From Phoronis australis (taxonomy: Eukaryota > Animalia > Phoronida): a DNA stretch of 42,337 nt. The position numbers and the translations under genes were made by a program. Below the pieces are notes generated by a model. That model ran no database searches. It was not told the origin of the DNA and was given only the letters and a program-made list of their open reading frames with translations. The stretch spans positions 635,169 through 677,505 of the forward strand of contig NMRA01000189.1 of NCBI GenBank assembly GCA_002633005.1. The letters run 5' to 3'. Positions 1 through 12,045 of this stretch are shown here, one piece after another (within the stretch, counting starts at the first letter, position 1; every line of letters starts with the position of its first letter).

Positions 1-1
1 A

Positions 2-583
2 AAGGTATTTTGGCGGTTTTACTAATGACCATGTGAGCTGGCCACTGAGACTATTACAGTGTGGGCAACTAAAGTCCTCGATGTCCAACGACGTCCACAA
101 GCTGTGCCACAACTCCTGCACAGTTATTTCTTTCCTTAGCGTTGGGAGGTAGACGGTCAACTCCCAGTCTATCTGTGTTTTTTCCTTTGTTGTTGAGCAG
201 TTATTACAACTCCTAGTTTGCTTCTTTACGTGTTGGAAGGTACTAGTAACCTCAGACGTTACATTATCAGCGTTGTGAGCAAGTGTGTCTACGTACCATT
301 GGTTCAGTAACCATAGTAAAAATTCATGGGCATCCTGTTGACTTCCATTGCCAAGAGAGTTGTTCTGTAATCTTAATTTATTCAAAATTTCAGACAGAGT
401 TGATGTATACCTTTTAGTTGCTTCATATGTGTTCACAAAGATGGTTTTCATATAGTTTTTCTTGTTGATATTGTATTTGTGCCAGTTGAGGTTGCATGAA
501 AAGATAGCTTGTAGTGTAGAGTTCACAAAACACGTGTTTCCAACATTGCAAAGACCAAATCTTTTATCTTTTGTTGATTTTTT
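2..583 (-). CDS. USP (peptidase C19) deubiquitinase-like domain, open to the window edge; C-terminal extension of the retrotransposon ORF
   Basis: Manual translation with no stop: KKSTKDKRFGLCNVGNTCFVNSTLQAIFSCNLNWH...LGNGSQQDAHEFLLWLLNQW...TFQHVKKQTRSCNNC...EDFSCPHCNSLSGQLTWSLVKPPKYL. It shows a Cys box (Cys codon 530-532), a QQDAHEF box (320-340) and two CxxC motifs (197-208, 56-67). The His box would lie outside the window. No Met precedes the Cys box in this frame. Confidence 0.9.
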
Positions 584-1058
584 TGTTTGTCTTCCTTGAT
601 ATCGGGGATGACGAAGTAGCTAATTGTATAAGGTTCTCTGTTGAGTCATGATTGAGAATAGTTTCAACTCCTCTTTGCGTTTCAATCACGGGCTTAGAAA
701 TGTTGCAGAGTTGCCATTCCGTAAATTGCTTGTTGTTTCTTGATAAATATATCGTATAGCTACATCTGAGAGCTGTCTGAGAGGCCGTTTGGTATGTTTG
801 TTTTTTGATTTCTTTGGGGACCTCGAGGAAATTCATTAGCTTCTTTAATGATTTGTAGATGAAGCCTCTACTGCCAACTTCAACAGGGAACAGGACTGTT
901 TGCCATCCTGCGTTTTTACATTCTTCGACAAGATTTGTATATTTCATTCTTTTCCTCAGGTGTGCCGATTCCATATTGTCTTCTGCTGGTATTGTAAGTT
1001 CTATTAAAACTGCTCTTTTTGCCTGAATTGACCATAACACAATGTCAGGTCTTAATTC
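564..1058 (-). mobile_element. 5'-truncated RLE-type non-LTR retrotransposon (Hero-like), endonuclease domain
   Basis: Translation ELRPDIVLWS...AVLIELTIPAEDNMESAHLRKRMKYTNLVEECKNAGWQTVLFPVEVGSRGF matches the PD-(D/E) RLE pattern (RPD...IELT.P.E...RK..KY..L...GW...PVEVG.RG) I recognise from Hero-clade elements. The RT domain is absent. Confidence 0.85.
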
Positions 1059-1745
1059 ATATGAAATGACTGATCTAATCCATATGATTAAAATGACTGA
1101 TCTGATTCATATGAATCAACTGATCTGATCCATATGAAATGACTGATCTGATACAGATGAAATACCTGATCTGATCCATATGAAATGACAGATCTGACTC
1201 ATATGAAATGAATGATGTGATCCATATGAAATGACAGATCTGACTCACATGAAATGACTAATCTGATCCATATTAAATGACAGATCTGATCCACATGAAA
1301 TGACAGACATGATTCATATGAAATGACTGATGTGATCCATATGAAATCACAGATCTGATCCATATGAAAGGACAAGTGTGATCGATATGAAATGAGTGAT
1401 CTGATCCACATGAAACGACAGATCTGATTCATATGAAATACCTGATCTGATCCATATGAAATGACAGACGTGATTCATATGAAATGACTGATGTGATCCA
1501 TATGAAATCACAGATCTGATCCATATGAAAGGACAAGTGTGATCGATATGAAATGAGTGATCTGATCCATATGAAACGACAGATCTGATTCATATGAAAT
1601 GACAGATCTGATCCCGATGAAATAAAATGAAATGACAGATCCGATCCATGTGAAATGACAGATCTGACCAATATGAAATGACTGATTCATATGATATGAT
1701 TGACCTGATTCATATGAAGTAACAGATCCGATTCCTATGAATCTA
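1057..1745. repeat. 23-bp minisatellite (consensus ATCCATATGAAATGACAGATCTG), about 30 copies
   Basis: Direct tandem repeat; diagnostic variants recur at a 161-bp period (blocks starting at ~1295 and ~1456). Confidence 0.95.
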
Positions 1746-1749
1746 CAGA

Positions 1750-1880
1750 AAATGCTCAATTGAGGCAATAGACTTTTCAGTTTTTACATATGAGTCAAAA
1801 GACATTGCTCAACTGAGTCAATACCGACTTCTCAGTTTATATTATGAGTCTATAGACAATGCTCAAGTCAGTCAAATACA
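1750..1880. repeat. Degenerate ~54-bp tandem repeat
   Basis: Recurring TGCTCAA.TGAG.CAATA..GACTT.TCAGTTT...ATGAGTC unit, 2-3 copies. Confidence 0.55.
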
Positions 1881-2026
1881 GTTCTTTCCAAAGAATCCTG
1901 ATAAGTTGTTTTCTCTAAGCTCACTAATTAACTGTTCAACACTATGTTATCAAGTAATACGTTTCATTGTCTGTGCATGAGTCTATAGACAATAGTGTTT
2001 TGAGTTTATACCAGTTACATACTTAC

Positions 2027-2238
2027 GGATTTCGAAAAATATTGCCTTTCTAAATTCTGTGATAGCATTTTGAAAATATAGGATGATAGGGCTGTCCATG
2101 GACGTTTTGAAGGTATAGTCTTTAACTGCCTGGGTACTCGCGACAATCTCTGCGACTTCTCTGTACTGATAAACAAGATGTTGATTGGACGAAGGGATAT
2201 TGGTCTGAATGGCAATCATTTCCTTGACTCGTGATAAC
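2027..2238 (-). CDS. TBK1: TBK1/IKKe-like kinase coding exon 9 (ubiquitin-like domain)
   Basis: AG/GT-bounded, 212 nt, phase 2 to 1; LSRVKEMIAIQTNIPSSNQHLVY...KTSMDSPII resembles the TBK1 ULD (QTKIISSNQELIY...KTTEENPIF). Confidence 0.85.
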
Positions 2239-3490
2239 CTGTAGTGACAACACTGACAGTGACAAAGACATGTTACAGGGAAATTGTACCAATTTCTGAT
2301 CAAAATAATTGTTAAAATAACCCTTTTTCATTTTTTAAGGTCTTTTAACACCATAACTTGAGAATGAGTACCCTCTGACACAGTGCCACCAGTACTGAAG
2401 AATGGCCCTGTGGAAATATGATGAATGACACATGGAATTCCGAGTGTGAACATCAATACACATGCTTGGCCGGAAGGTTACCCATCACATCGGCATCACT
2501 TACACGTGGCCTTTATGCACTGTACTTGTTTGGGCTTAAGCCAATAACCATGCTTCCCTTGTTTTTACTTCGATCACTGTCCGTTTTAATAAATTGCAAC
2601 TATGCAAATCAAAGGTGGTCGCCATCCTACGTAAAAGTAAACTGAAAGGGGTTTCCCAGATTTCAACCACTGGGAATGCCTGAATGATATGATGTCAGTT
2701 TCATTACTCTAATTCATGAGAAGCCTTCATGTTGACCGATATTCTACAGTGCTACCCTTCGGAGCACTGTGAATGTGTTCAGAGAATTGGCACACTTTTT
2801 CAAAACAGTCAACATGTGATGGTAACAAGTGGTAGAAAGCTTGAACATGGGAAGGCATTCATTCAGTGCTACTTATAGTTCATGGAAGAAAAGGGAAAAT
2901 ATTTTATTTGTTGGCCATATTTTTCCAAACTGTTGTCGGAGCTTTAGAATTCAAGAATTAAAACAATCGCTAATTATGACCAACAAAAGTGTTGCTGATT
3001 TTTGAAGACATAGACACGTGTATATTGGTCAAATTACAGCTATTCCTATTGGATGCCACTATTTGCTTAGAAATAAATTCACAGAATCTAACAAGCTCAT
3101 CCAACATATGAAACTTTTAACTTAGGTTTGTCAAGTAACTACATAAAACTAGTCTCTAAGTGGTCCTCACTGACATTTGGTGGTTTCAGGGCTAAGAAAA
3201 CACTGCCAGCCCGATGGCTACAGGCCAAGCACAACAAGTTAGCAGGTCACAGCGGAGTATTCCACGCACCAAGACTCTAGGAACAACAATGTGCTACAGA
3301 TGAAAAATAAAATAATTTCTTTGATGAAGGGAGCTATAAAGCACCTTTAATTACCAGTAAGTGGACAAAAACATCTCTCCAAACAATTTTACATCATGTA
3401 TCTGTGCTGTAGTTGAAGACCTCAGCACATACAATTAGATCAAAAAAATCGGTGGATATCCTGTTGCAAATTTCAACATTTCTCACTCAC

Positions 3491-3669
3491 GTGTCTTCCG
3501 GGTTGGCGTAGATTCTCAGTGAAGCACATGCACCCGTGTGGAACACATGCAAAATTAATTTGCTTGTAACTGACTTGACTTCTTGGAAGAAGTGCTCGTA
3601 TGACCACTTGCGTTGAGGATTGACCTCCAGTAGTCCTGCTATGACAGGTGTGATAAGATTACGTAGTCC
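3491..3669 (-). CDS. TBK1: TBK1/IKKe-like kinase coding exon 8 (end of kinase domain, start of ULD)
   Basis: 179 nt; GLRNLITPVIAGLLEVNPQRKWSYEHFFQEV...LHVFH...LRIYANPED; flanked by tttgtag and gtgagt. Confidence 0.9.
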
Positions 3670-3941
3670 CTACAAAGATACAGACAAGTGTACAATGTGG
3701 TTGCGATTCATAACCAACTCAGTTAATAACTTTCCAAAAATATTTGATTAATTTTCGTCAGTTTATAGATATGTATGGTGTAACTGGTCGGCTTTACACA
3801 GACAATAATTTTCACAGATTTTGAACTCGGCACAAATGAACAAAAACAAACAAAACCTGTATGACTTGGTATGCAATTAATTTTCAGCAGCGCACCCCAA
3901 GGCAAGCTAGCTCTGATGAAGAACTGCACTAGTCTATTTAC

Positions 3942-4211
3942 CTGAGAAAACAAGCAGGTGGAAGGGAGATCCCTACTCCACACTATAGGCCCCCCTTCTT
4001 TCTCTTGCACCCCAGAGATCACTCCTGGATCCTTCTTGTTGTGTATTTCAAACATTGTGTCCTTGTTTTTGCGTCCCCCGAAGGGGCGGAATGGCAGCTG
4101 GCCAACGGCAATGTGGTACAGGGTGACACCTAGCGACCAAAGATCAACTGATGCGTCAAATACACGGCCGTGACCTTGACCCATGACAGCACGCTCGTAG
4201 ACAGTGGGATC
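3942..4211 (-). CDS. TBK1: TBK1/IKKe-like kinase coding exon 7
   Basis: 270 nt; DPTVYERAVM...ASVDLWSLGVTLYHIAVGQLPFRPFGGRKNKDTM...GVISGVQEKEGGPIVWSRDLPSTCLFSQ, a segment diagnostic of TBK1/IKKe. Confidence 0.93.
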
Positions 4212-4825
4212 CTGGATGACAAAATTTTTTCAGACCTGAATTTTACTTTATAATATTTTATAATATTCATAATGACAAATCCAACGTGTCATGTCCAAAA
4301 AATAAAAACTGTGACAAGCTAATTTATTGTGCCTGTTATCAAGAAATAACTAACTGTTAGCTTGTTCCAAGTCCACGAATACACTCCAATCTGAGCAAAG
4401 AGAAATCTGAGGCCAGTTTTGTAATGAGAAGTGGCCCAAAACAAAAGATATTTTGACAAAAGATGGTTTTGAGCAGCACAGAGACACAACATCGCTTTTT
4501 AATGCCACAGTAACACATGAGCAACACTGGTACTATCAATGACAGATAACTATATGTCAAAAATACCATATCACTATTATCAGCGGTACAACTATTATCT
4601 GACTGAACTAGTGTTAGTTTTATCAGTGAAAACTTGCTCTCACAGGGATGCTACTCGCATACTTGTTATAATGAACGCTACATCAGCAAGCCAAAAATTG
4701 TTCTAAGTTCTAAGTACAACATAAAGTATGAAGCAATTTTATTATTTATTATTATATTTTATTACACCTACACAACACCTACAAGCTGCATTGCCATCAG
4801 AGTGTAAGCAAGGAAAACAAAGTTA

Positions 4826-6130
4826 GGGCTGTTCCAGCAAAATCGGTATGGAAGGGGGAAGGCAGTAGAAATAAAAATTCATGGGGCTGGTCTTCAGCAA
4901 AAAGCTCAAATTATGGGTGGTGGTTCTTGTAAGAAATGAAGCATTAAAACTGGGTAGTGTTTTTTGAACTCTCAGTGTTGACAGGTTGGTATTTTCGTCC
5001 AAACTCATCAAAATTTCACTTGGCAAATACCCTGACATGAAACAACCCCATGTTGCCAGTGTACACAGTGCAACATGTACACTAAGCCATTAATCAAGCC
5101 ATGGGCAACGTGATTACAAGTACATGTTCAACAGCAGTCATTTTAGAATGAAAATTTCTGCAACACTAAACTGGTGTTCACACAGATAAGAAAACTGATG
5201 ATTTTTATATAAAAAGTATGAGTAGTAAGATAACAGACAAGTTCCAATATTCACTTCATATAAAAGTATAAAAGAGTTCTTGGAGTTTCATAGATCCATG
5301 CAATTGAAAAAATCTTAATAGAAACTAGACACATGGCGAACAGAGACACCTGGTGGCTGCCAAAAGTATTGCTCACAGCTGTCTTTGAAAAGCAAGTTTC
5401 TGGTAACTGATGAGTTGTGATCTCACATGGAATTTTTCTGCACCCACAAAAACTTTGAGGTCAGCCCCTCTTGTTATTATCCTTTCTTGTCCATCAGTTA
5501 TCTCAAGAACCACTTGGCAGATCATGATGAAATTTGGTATAGAGTTACTTGGCAAGGATGCACCTGCACCAGGCGGGTTTGGCAACCTTGGTATCCCGTG
5601 TTGGCCACTTTAATTTTCAACAAGCCATTCCTTGTAAGTTGATTATCTCAAAAACTGCTTCACTGATCACTGACAATGAAAGTCGAAATAGAAGTACATC
5701 GCAAGAATGAGCCAGCACCAGTCAATTTTTGGATGCTGGATTGAACTACTGTCAGTGGCAACCCGTTAGTCAGCACAAGACAGGTTGATTATCTCAAAAA
5801 GTGCTAAGCACAACTGGAAATTTGGAACAAAAATATATAACAGGGATGGATGCGTTGACAGAAGTCATTTTCGTTTTGATTCGACCACCCTCTTGGCTAC
5901 TTTAGTTTTTGACTATATTGGACAAGACAACAAGTTCTTGTCTGTCAATCACCTAAGTTCTTAACAGGTCATCCTGGAGGCAATTTGTTTGCAAGTGTTG
6001 GATTTTATATTTTAAGCTATTAATTAAAAAATTATGGGTCATGGGTTGGAGAAATAAATGAAAAATATGGGCAGTGGGTACGAAATAAAAGTGCCTCCCC
6101 CCTCCCATACAGATTTTGCTGCAACAGCCC
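4826..6130. mobile_element. Non-autonomous PIF/Harbinger-like DNA transposon
   Basis: ~40-bp TIRs (GGGCTGTTCCAGCAAAATCGGTATGG... / ...CCATACAGATTTTGCTGCAACAGCCC) flanked by TTA on both sides (4823-4825, 6131-6133). Confidence 0.8.
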
Positions 6131-6288
6131 TTAGGGGTAACTATCTAATTTCCTGATTGAATGGTTCGCATGTTTTATTACCATGAGATCTCCAGGAATT
6201 ATTTTCATTTGCCATGAGTATTTTTTCAGTGAGTTTTCCACTTTTGAGTGGAAAACAATAAATAAGTGAGAGTCCCAGAAATACAAAC

Positions 6289-6382
6289 CAAGTATTCTTC
6301 AGTGCCATGCATGGACATAAAGTTTTCTTCTTCATGTTGAAGCTCTCTTGCAGCCCCAAAGTCAGAGAGTTTGTATATGTAA
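6289..6382 (-). CDS. TBK1: TBK1/IKKe-like kinase coding exon 6 (DFG, activation loop)
   Basis: 94 nt; YIYKLSDFGAARELQHEEENFMSMHGTEEYL; the Ser equivalent to TBK1 S172 is retained. Confidence 0.93.
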
Positions 6383-6818
6383 CTGAAACAACAGGGAATT
6401 TCATTACCAAACAGTGACCAAAAAATACTAAGTAATAAAAGCTAAAGCAAAAAAATCCTTAATTAAGGGTCACAAATTCGTCAATCTGCGACGAACCATA
6501 AAAGTGGAAATTATCACAGCATTTGTTTTAGAACCACATTTTTCCATAGACATCTTCACACACATTACTCAATAATCAACTACTCTCACTTGTTTCGAAA
6601 TCATGAACAGAGTATAATATGATTACAAAATACCATTTTGGTCCTTATAGAATGTAGAACCAGCGTCCTTTTCTCAATTATCAATGTCATTTTAACATCC
6701 TTTTTGGGAGACCCCCTCCCTACCACCTATTAACTGTAGATCCAAACTTTACATTTTCCTCTCCCTGAGCAACATTTCCACATATATAACTCCATAACAA
6801 GGAACGATCCCCAATTAC

Positions 6819-6909
6819 GTTTTATCCTCTTTTATTATTCGTAGTATGTTGCCTGGCTTGATGTCCCTGTGAACAACCTGTTTTGATTTCAAGTATTCCA
6901 AGCCCGCAG
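6819..6909 (-). CDS. TBK1: TBK1/IKKe-like kinase coding exon 5 (catalytic loop)
   Basis: 91 nt; AGLEYLKSKQVVHRDIKPGNILRIIKEDK; phase 1 to 2 fits both neighbours. Confidence 0.93.
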
Positions 6910-8309
6910 CTGAAATAAAAAATGGAAGCAAATACAGGCACAAGAAGACAAAAGAGCAAAAGAGGTTTCCGTATCTATGTGGTGTGTGAGCTGTTTTTTA
7001 CACTCATAAACCAACGGATATGATTGGAAATTAATTTCCAAGTTTCCTGTTTTGGTGGTCACATCCACTGTGTGGCATCCTCAATCATCAATGGCGAAAA
7101 CGTTTTCATGAGAGAAGTCGAACAGAGGGCAAAAGGGGGCTTTAACATTGCTGATCATGATTTCATATCATTACTGCATCTCTAAGAGCCTTCCTCATCT
7201 TCTAGTTTCTTTCAGTGACAATAGAGGGCACCATAAAGCAGCGAGTCACAATCACAACACATGACAAAAAGGGCTCATTCACTAAATAAGTCCATAATTT
7301 TTTTCCTTCCAAAGATATACATCCATTGTCTTGTTAACATTTTTCAGTCATGAGATTAAGTCAAATCAGCATTGCCTGGCTTTCAACAAGACCTCAACGG
7401 GGACGCACATTTTTGTAGTAACCCTTGATACAACACATTACCATACCCAAACAAATAACACATTTAACAGTCCACCTGTTTTTAAGCTCAACACGTTCAA
7501 TACATTTTGTTTGCTGCTCACGACTGTCAATGACAAAAACAACAAAATTCAATAACCATTTGTCAGAACTCAATTCATGTTATGTTTTGCTGGGAGTTCA
7601 ACAGAACGTTTTGTTGGGAGATCAATGAAAAAAATGTTTAGTCAATCAATAGGCGACCAAACATGAACAATGTTCAACTGTTTCCCATAAAGCACTTTGG
7701 ACCCAACTGATATGAAATGTCTGTAGTTCAAACAATGTCAACAGAACATTATATAAAATGACCTACACAAGAAATACAATCAGCCAATCACGTCTCGGGG
7801 CATTGCATCATGGGAGGAATGCATAATTTAATGTAACGCTTCAAAACCAACCAAAATTTAACAGAAAAGAAACTCGGAGGTCTTTTACAAAGGCAACAAT
7901 TTTACATCAAAAGTTGGATTATCTTGGAGTATTTTGAGACCTATAATTTGTATCCGCTTGCCGAGACTTCAACAAGAAGTCAATGAACGGTGTGGAAATT
8001 CCCGTGTTAAAAATAGCTGACACAAAACAAGAGTATTACTATAAGAAGCACATGTAAAAACAGTCATACTTTTGGAGCAACAAACAGAAGGTAAGCAACT
8101 TAGATACTGAAGTAATCATTTTTTCAGTTAGCAGACAGCTAGGTGCAGGAATTATCTTGAATTAGTTTCTCACAAAATTTGATGTAACTTCATGTTAGCC
8201 ATATAGTTACCCATTTAGCCAAAATTAAAACAGTAACTGTCTGGAATATCCTTCTGGTCTTTTTCAACATGAGATAGCATTTCTCATTTCACATGATTGT
8301 AATGTATTA

Positions 8310-8543
8310 AATATAATAACAGGCAGTGTGATACACGTTGTAGCAGATGTGCGCAGGCCTTACATGTGGGCCCATTGCACTGATCACCTGGAACCATTTT
8401 TATTCTTCATTAATTACGGTTAAAACCAAGCTGAGGAGCTACACACCTGTCTGAAGGGTTTAGCAGTGCGACCTGGTGGGACTCGAACCCACGACCTTGA
8501 GTAAAGAAAGCGGGTACTTATCACACCAGGCCAAATTGCCTCC
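8310..8543 (-). mobile_element. tRNA-derived SINE
   Basis: Minus strand shows an A-box-like TGGCCTGGTGTG and a B-box GGTTCGAGTCCC, followed by a ~150-bp body and an AT-rich end. Confidence 0.7.
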
Positions 8544-8928
8544 TCTTGTAATGTATTCCTCAGAGTAGAGTTCCTCGATCGTTTTCATAGCTATAGTCTC
8601 ACTGCAGGCTTCATTTACTACAGGTTGAAGGTGACAATTTTGATTTGACAAAGTTATCGTTGTATGGGACTTTGACTCATATGTTTGTTCACCACCTGTA
8701 TGTCACTTCCAAAATGTATAACAACCATACTCAAGACTTAAATTGCGCTCTAAACCAACACACTATTTGCTTTCATCACAACGAATTTCGAAAAAAGCAA
8801 AACGTGCAAGACAGATTTCCCCAGCTTAGCGTTCAACTGCAAAACCATACTTCATAACGTAGTCACCTTACTAATTCTAAAGATGAGTAAAATATCAAAC
8901 CACGACACTGCACACCACGAATACTTAC

Positions 8929-9058
8929 CTATGTGCATTAGCAACACGAGAAACTCATCCTCCGGCAGTCCATACATGAACTCTGGTTCATCCAGTACAC
9001 CGTAAACAGAGCCTCCATCACAATACTCCATGATGATAACCTGCTGACCTGTATTTAT
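8929..9058 (-). CDS. TBK1: TBK1/IKKe-like kinase coding exon 4
   Basis: 130 nt; INTGQQVIIMEYCDGGSVYGVLDEPEFMYGLPEDEFLVLLMHI; flanked by ttcag and gtaagt. Confidence 0.93.
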
Positions 9059-12045
9059 CTGAACAAGAATAACAGAACTCTGTCACACCTTTTTAAACAG
9101 ATAAGGTATTGTCCATTTAGACACATGTATGGGGAAGAGGATGATAGTTAACAGTCACTATACTCTCAACATTAAGGGGGCGTGCCACTATATCTAGAGA
9201 TAAGTTTATATTAGCAACAAGGGGAGTAATGCTACCAAGTATTAAGTTAACGTGCTTGAAATCACCATTTACCTTGTTTTGACACATGACTGCATTGTCT
9301 CCATCATTAAATATTTTTATATAGCACTGCATAATTATCCAATTGCAAATTCAATATCTCAAAAACGAGACAACAGAACATTTTTTTAATGGAAAGTTTC
9401 ACAGCTCCACGGACATGAGTGACGTAGGAATGTACACAGCACTAGTGTGTTATGTCCGCCAACACACTAGTTTTTTTTAACAAATTTGTGCCATATCCGC
9501 ACTTCTCAGATATCCTGCAGGAAGTGTAAAAACACATCACTTGCTCATACGTTGAAATTTCTGAATCACCACCAATGCCTCCTCTTTCTTTATTAGAACA
9601 CCATAAACCGTGGGAAAATGAGAAGCAACATCCAGCACCATTTCACACTTAACACAATGCAGGATGACTTATGCTGTGGTTGGTTGTCTCGATTTTACGT
9701 AGCATGTGTTGATGCTTATAACTTGGGATCAGCCAATTAAAATTTCGTCAGCTAGTATTTGCCAGTGATCTAATTTGACAGCTGATCTCGACTGGTAGAT
9801 GCAAGCTGTTAAGGTCATGTGGGACCCTAGAAGTGTCCGAATTTGGCCAGCTTCACATCTCAGAAACAGCTGATCCGATTCACATGAAACTTTCATATAA
9901 CTACGCTTTATGTGCTGATCTTTATAAGGTTTTAAAATGTTCGGATTTTGCAGGAGGGTTATCGAAATAGGACATTTATGTTATGATGTTCATGAAAAAT
10001 ACTTTGAAGTTGCATAAAATAAAAACTGTAACAGAAATTTTGAGATTTCATCCTTGTTAACAGCTATGAAAAAATAAAATATGGCCATTGTTCTTCAAAT
10101 GACGTAGCTTTCTTTTTTGCTCATTTTTACTAAAAATACACGATCACTTGACCTAATTAATAGAACAGTGGAATAAGTCAAAAACCAAATTCTACAGAAC
10201 TGACTTTCTATTTTCAGAAAATATAAATGTTACTGAGTTAAAATGTATAGTTTAGTAACTTTTTGGCAATGCATGTTCACTTGTCAATAAGGCACAAGAT
10301 AAACAAAAGCCAAAGTTCCACTCTTTAAATCAATACGGGTTGGTGCATTAGCATCCTATGACAGAAATAAACGTTAAAAGAAATTGCAGTCTTCAAAATA
10401 CCGAAATACTGCCTATGTGCTTTAGAATTGGATCTTGTGATACATACACCTTCAAAATAGGTCAATGTCCAATAACTAACTTAAACTCCCACCCCATTAT
10501 TCCAACTATTCTAATGCGTGAATAAGCCACTTTTTATCCATTGTCCAAAAGAAGACCAAAGAAAACAGTATTGTGTGCTTTACCAAACAGTATTGTTGTA
10601 GTTTGTAATCAATGCATGGGATCAATAGCAGAGTTCTTATTGACATTAAATCAAAGGTGTTTGTAAGCATTTTGGCAGAAATAATAACAGCAATACCCAG
10701 CTACCAACTTGAAGATGCTATTAAACCAGAACTGCACAACGTTGATTTCCATTAGCTCTCCCTCCATAAGCCTACCATTTCAATCTCCATCGCGGCTTCA
10801 GAGCAAACCAATCAGAGCAGGACACGTCATTCCAAGTACCAGGTGCACTTCAAAGCAACGTGGCCTATTCTCTGTCTGGATATTCTTTATGGTTCTTACT
10901 TCGATCATGACTAAGGTATTTAGCAGTTATTATTGTTTCATGACCTTCATGTCTAAGCATTGTCAGCAATATTTCCCCGTCACACAGTGGATCTGAATGT
11001 CTAAACAGTATTCATGTCTTTGACCCCGGTGCGATGAAAGCAACGTTTGAACCATGTGCACTGATTACACATGTCAAATTCTCTACGCATTGTTCTCAAT
11101 ACTGCCTCCAGTCAAGTCTCCACATGACTTTCGTTATGAACTATGCTGAACTGAATGTCTCCGTAGTATTAGTTTGTATTACAAATCAATGCTTGATGTT
11201 AACAAACAGCAAGCAATGCTCTGACAGCTGCTAACAGTCAAACTTTCTATCTTGTTTTAATTTGCCATTGCTCCACAGGCAGACGATTGTGAAAGCACTA
11301 CAGAGGAAGAAATACTAATCAACAGTCAAGAAGGAAAGAACCAAAGTAAGATGCCCTCTATTTTCCCATTTCTAAAGAAGTCCTTACTGAACAATGTGCA
11401 GACCTTGTCAGTGCGAATATTTTATCTCCTTTTCTTTATTGTCTCTTGCTTATTCCGTTCCTTAAGTGGATTCATGTCCATACTTCTATCATGCTGGAAA
11501 ACTCCAGAAGTATTTGAAGGTGCACACATGTAGGATTTGGTATTTTCTGTCAGCCTACCACACAGTAAAAGTGACATTTTACACGTAGCACTGAAGGTGA
11601 CAAAGTTTGAGGAGTTTTGATAAACAGTCACTAAACTAAAAAATTAGCACTCTTGTCTGGTACATAAAAAACAACAGAACAAAACATGGGAAGTGCAAAA
11701 CTCAAGACACTGCTGTGCAAAGTCAAGGAAATTGCAAGCAACTTGCATGAGATTACTCCTCAATTTTCACATGAAAAATTTTCACGTTTTTCTAGATCTG
11801 ACAAGAATCTAAATCGAGAGAACAAAACTCCTCTCTCAAAATTAACTTTCAGAAAATGTGCATAACTTTCAGGTAACTTCTGAAAGCCGTTTTAATATTC
11901 TATAAATTTATTATTTATCTATTAATGTGAAGAAGCCAGTATTACTTTTTATTTCTATTTCATTTCTTAAGAAGAAGCTCTTCAACTGAGTTACTGAAAA
12001 TGTGACTGCATCAAAGTAAGATATTCGTATTTTGCTAACCCAGTT

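Noticed and set aside
1057-1768. CRISPR-like array, and ORFs 1199-1432, 1429-1671 and 1508-1768
   Set aside because: These are contiguous 23-bp monomers with no unique spacers in eukaryotic DNA; the ORFs are translations of the repeat.
3723-3941. C-terminal part of ORF 3723-4184 as protein
   Set aside because: Kinase similarity stops at the donor at 3941; the remainder is intron read-through.
8460-8543. Functional tRNA gene
   Set aside because: It has A/B boxes but no convincing cloverleaf, and it continues into a SINE-like body.
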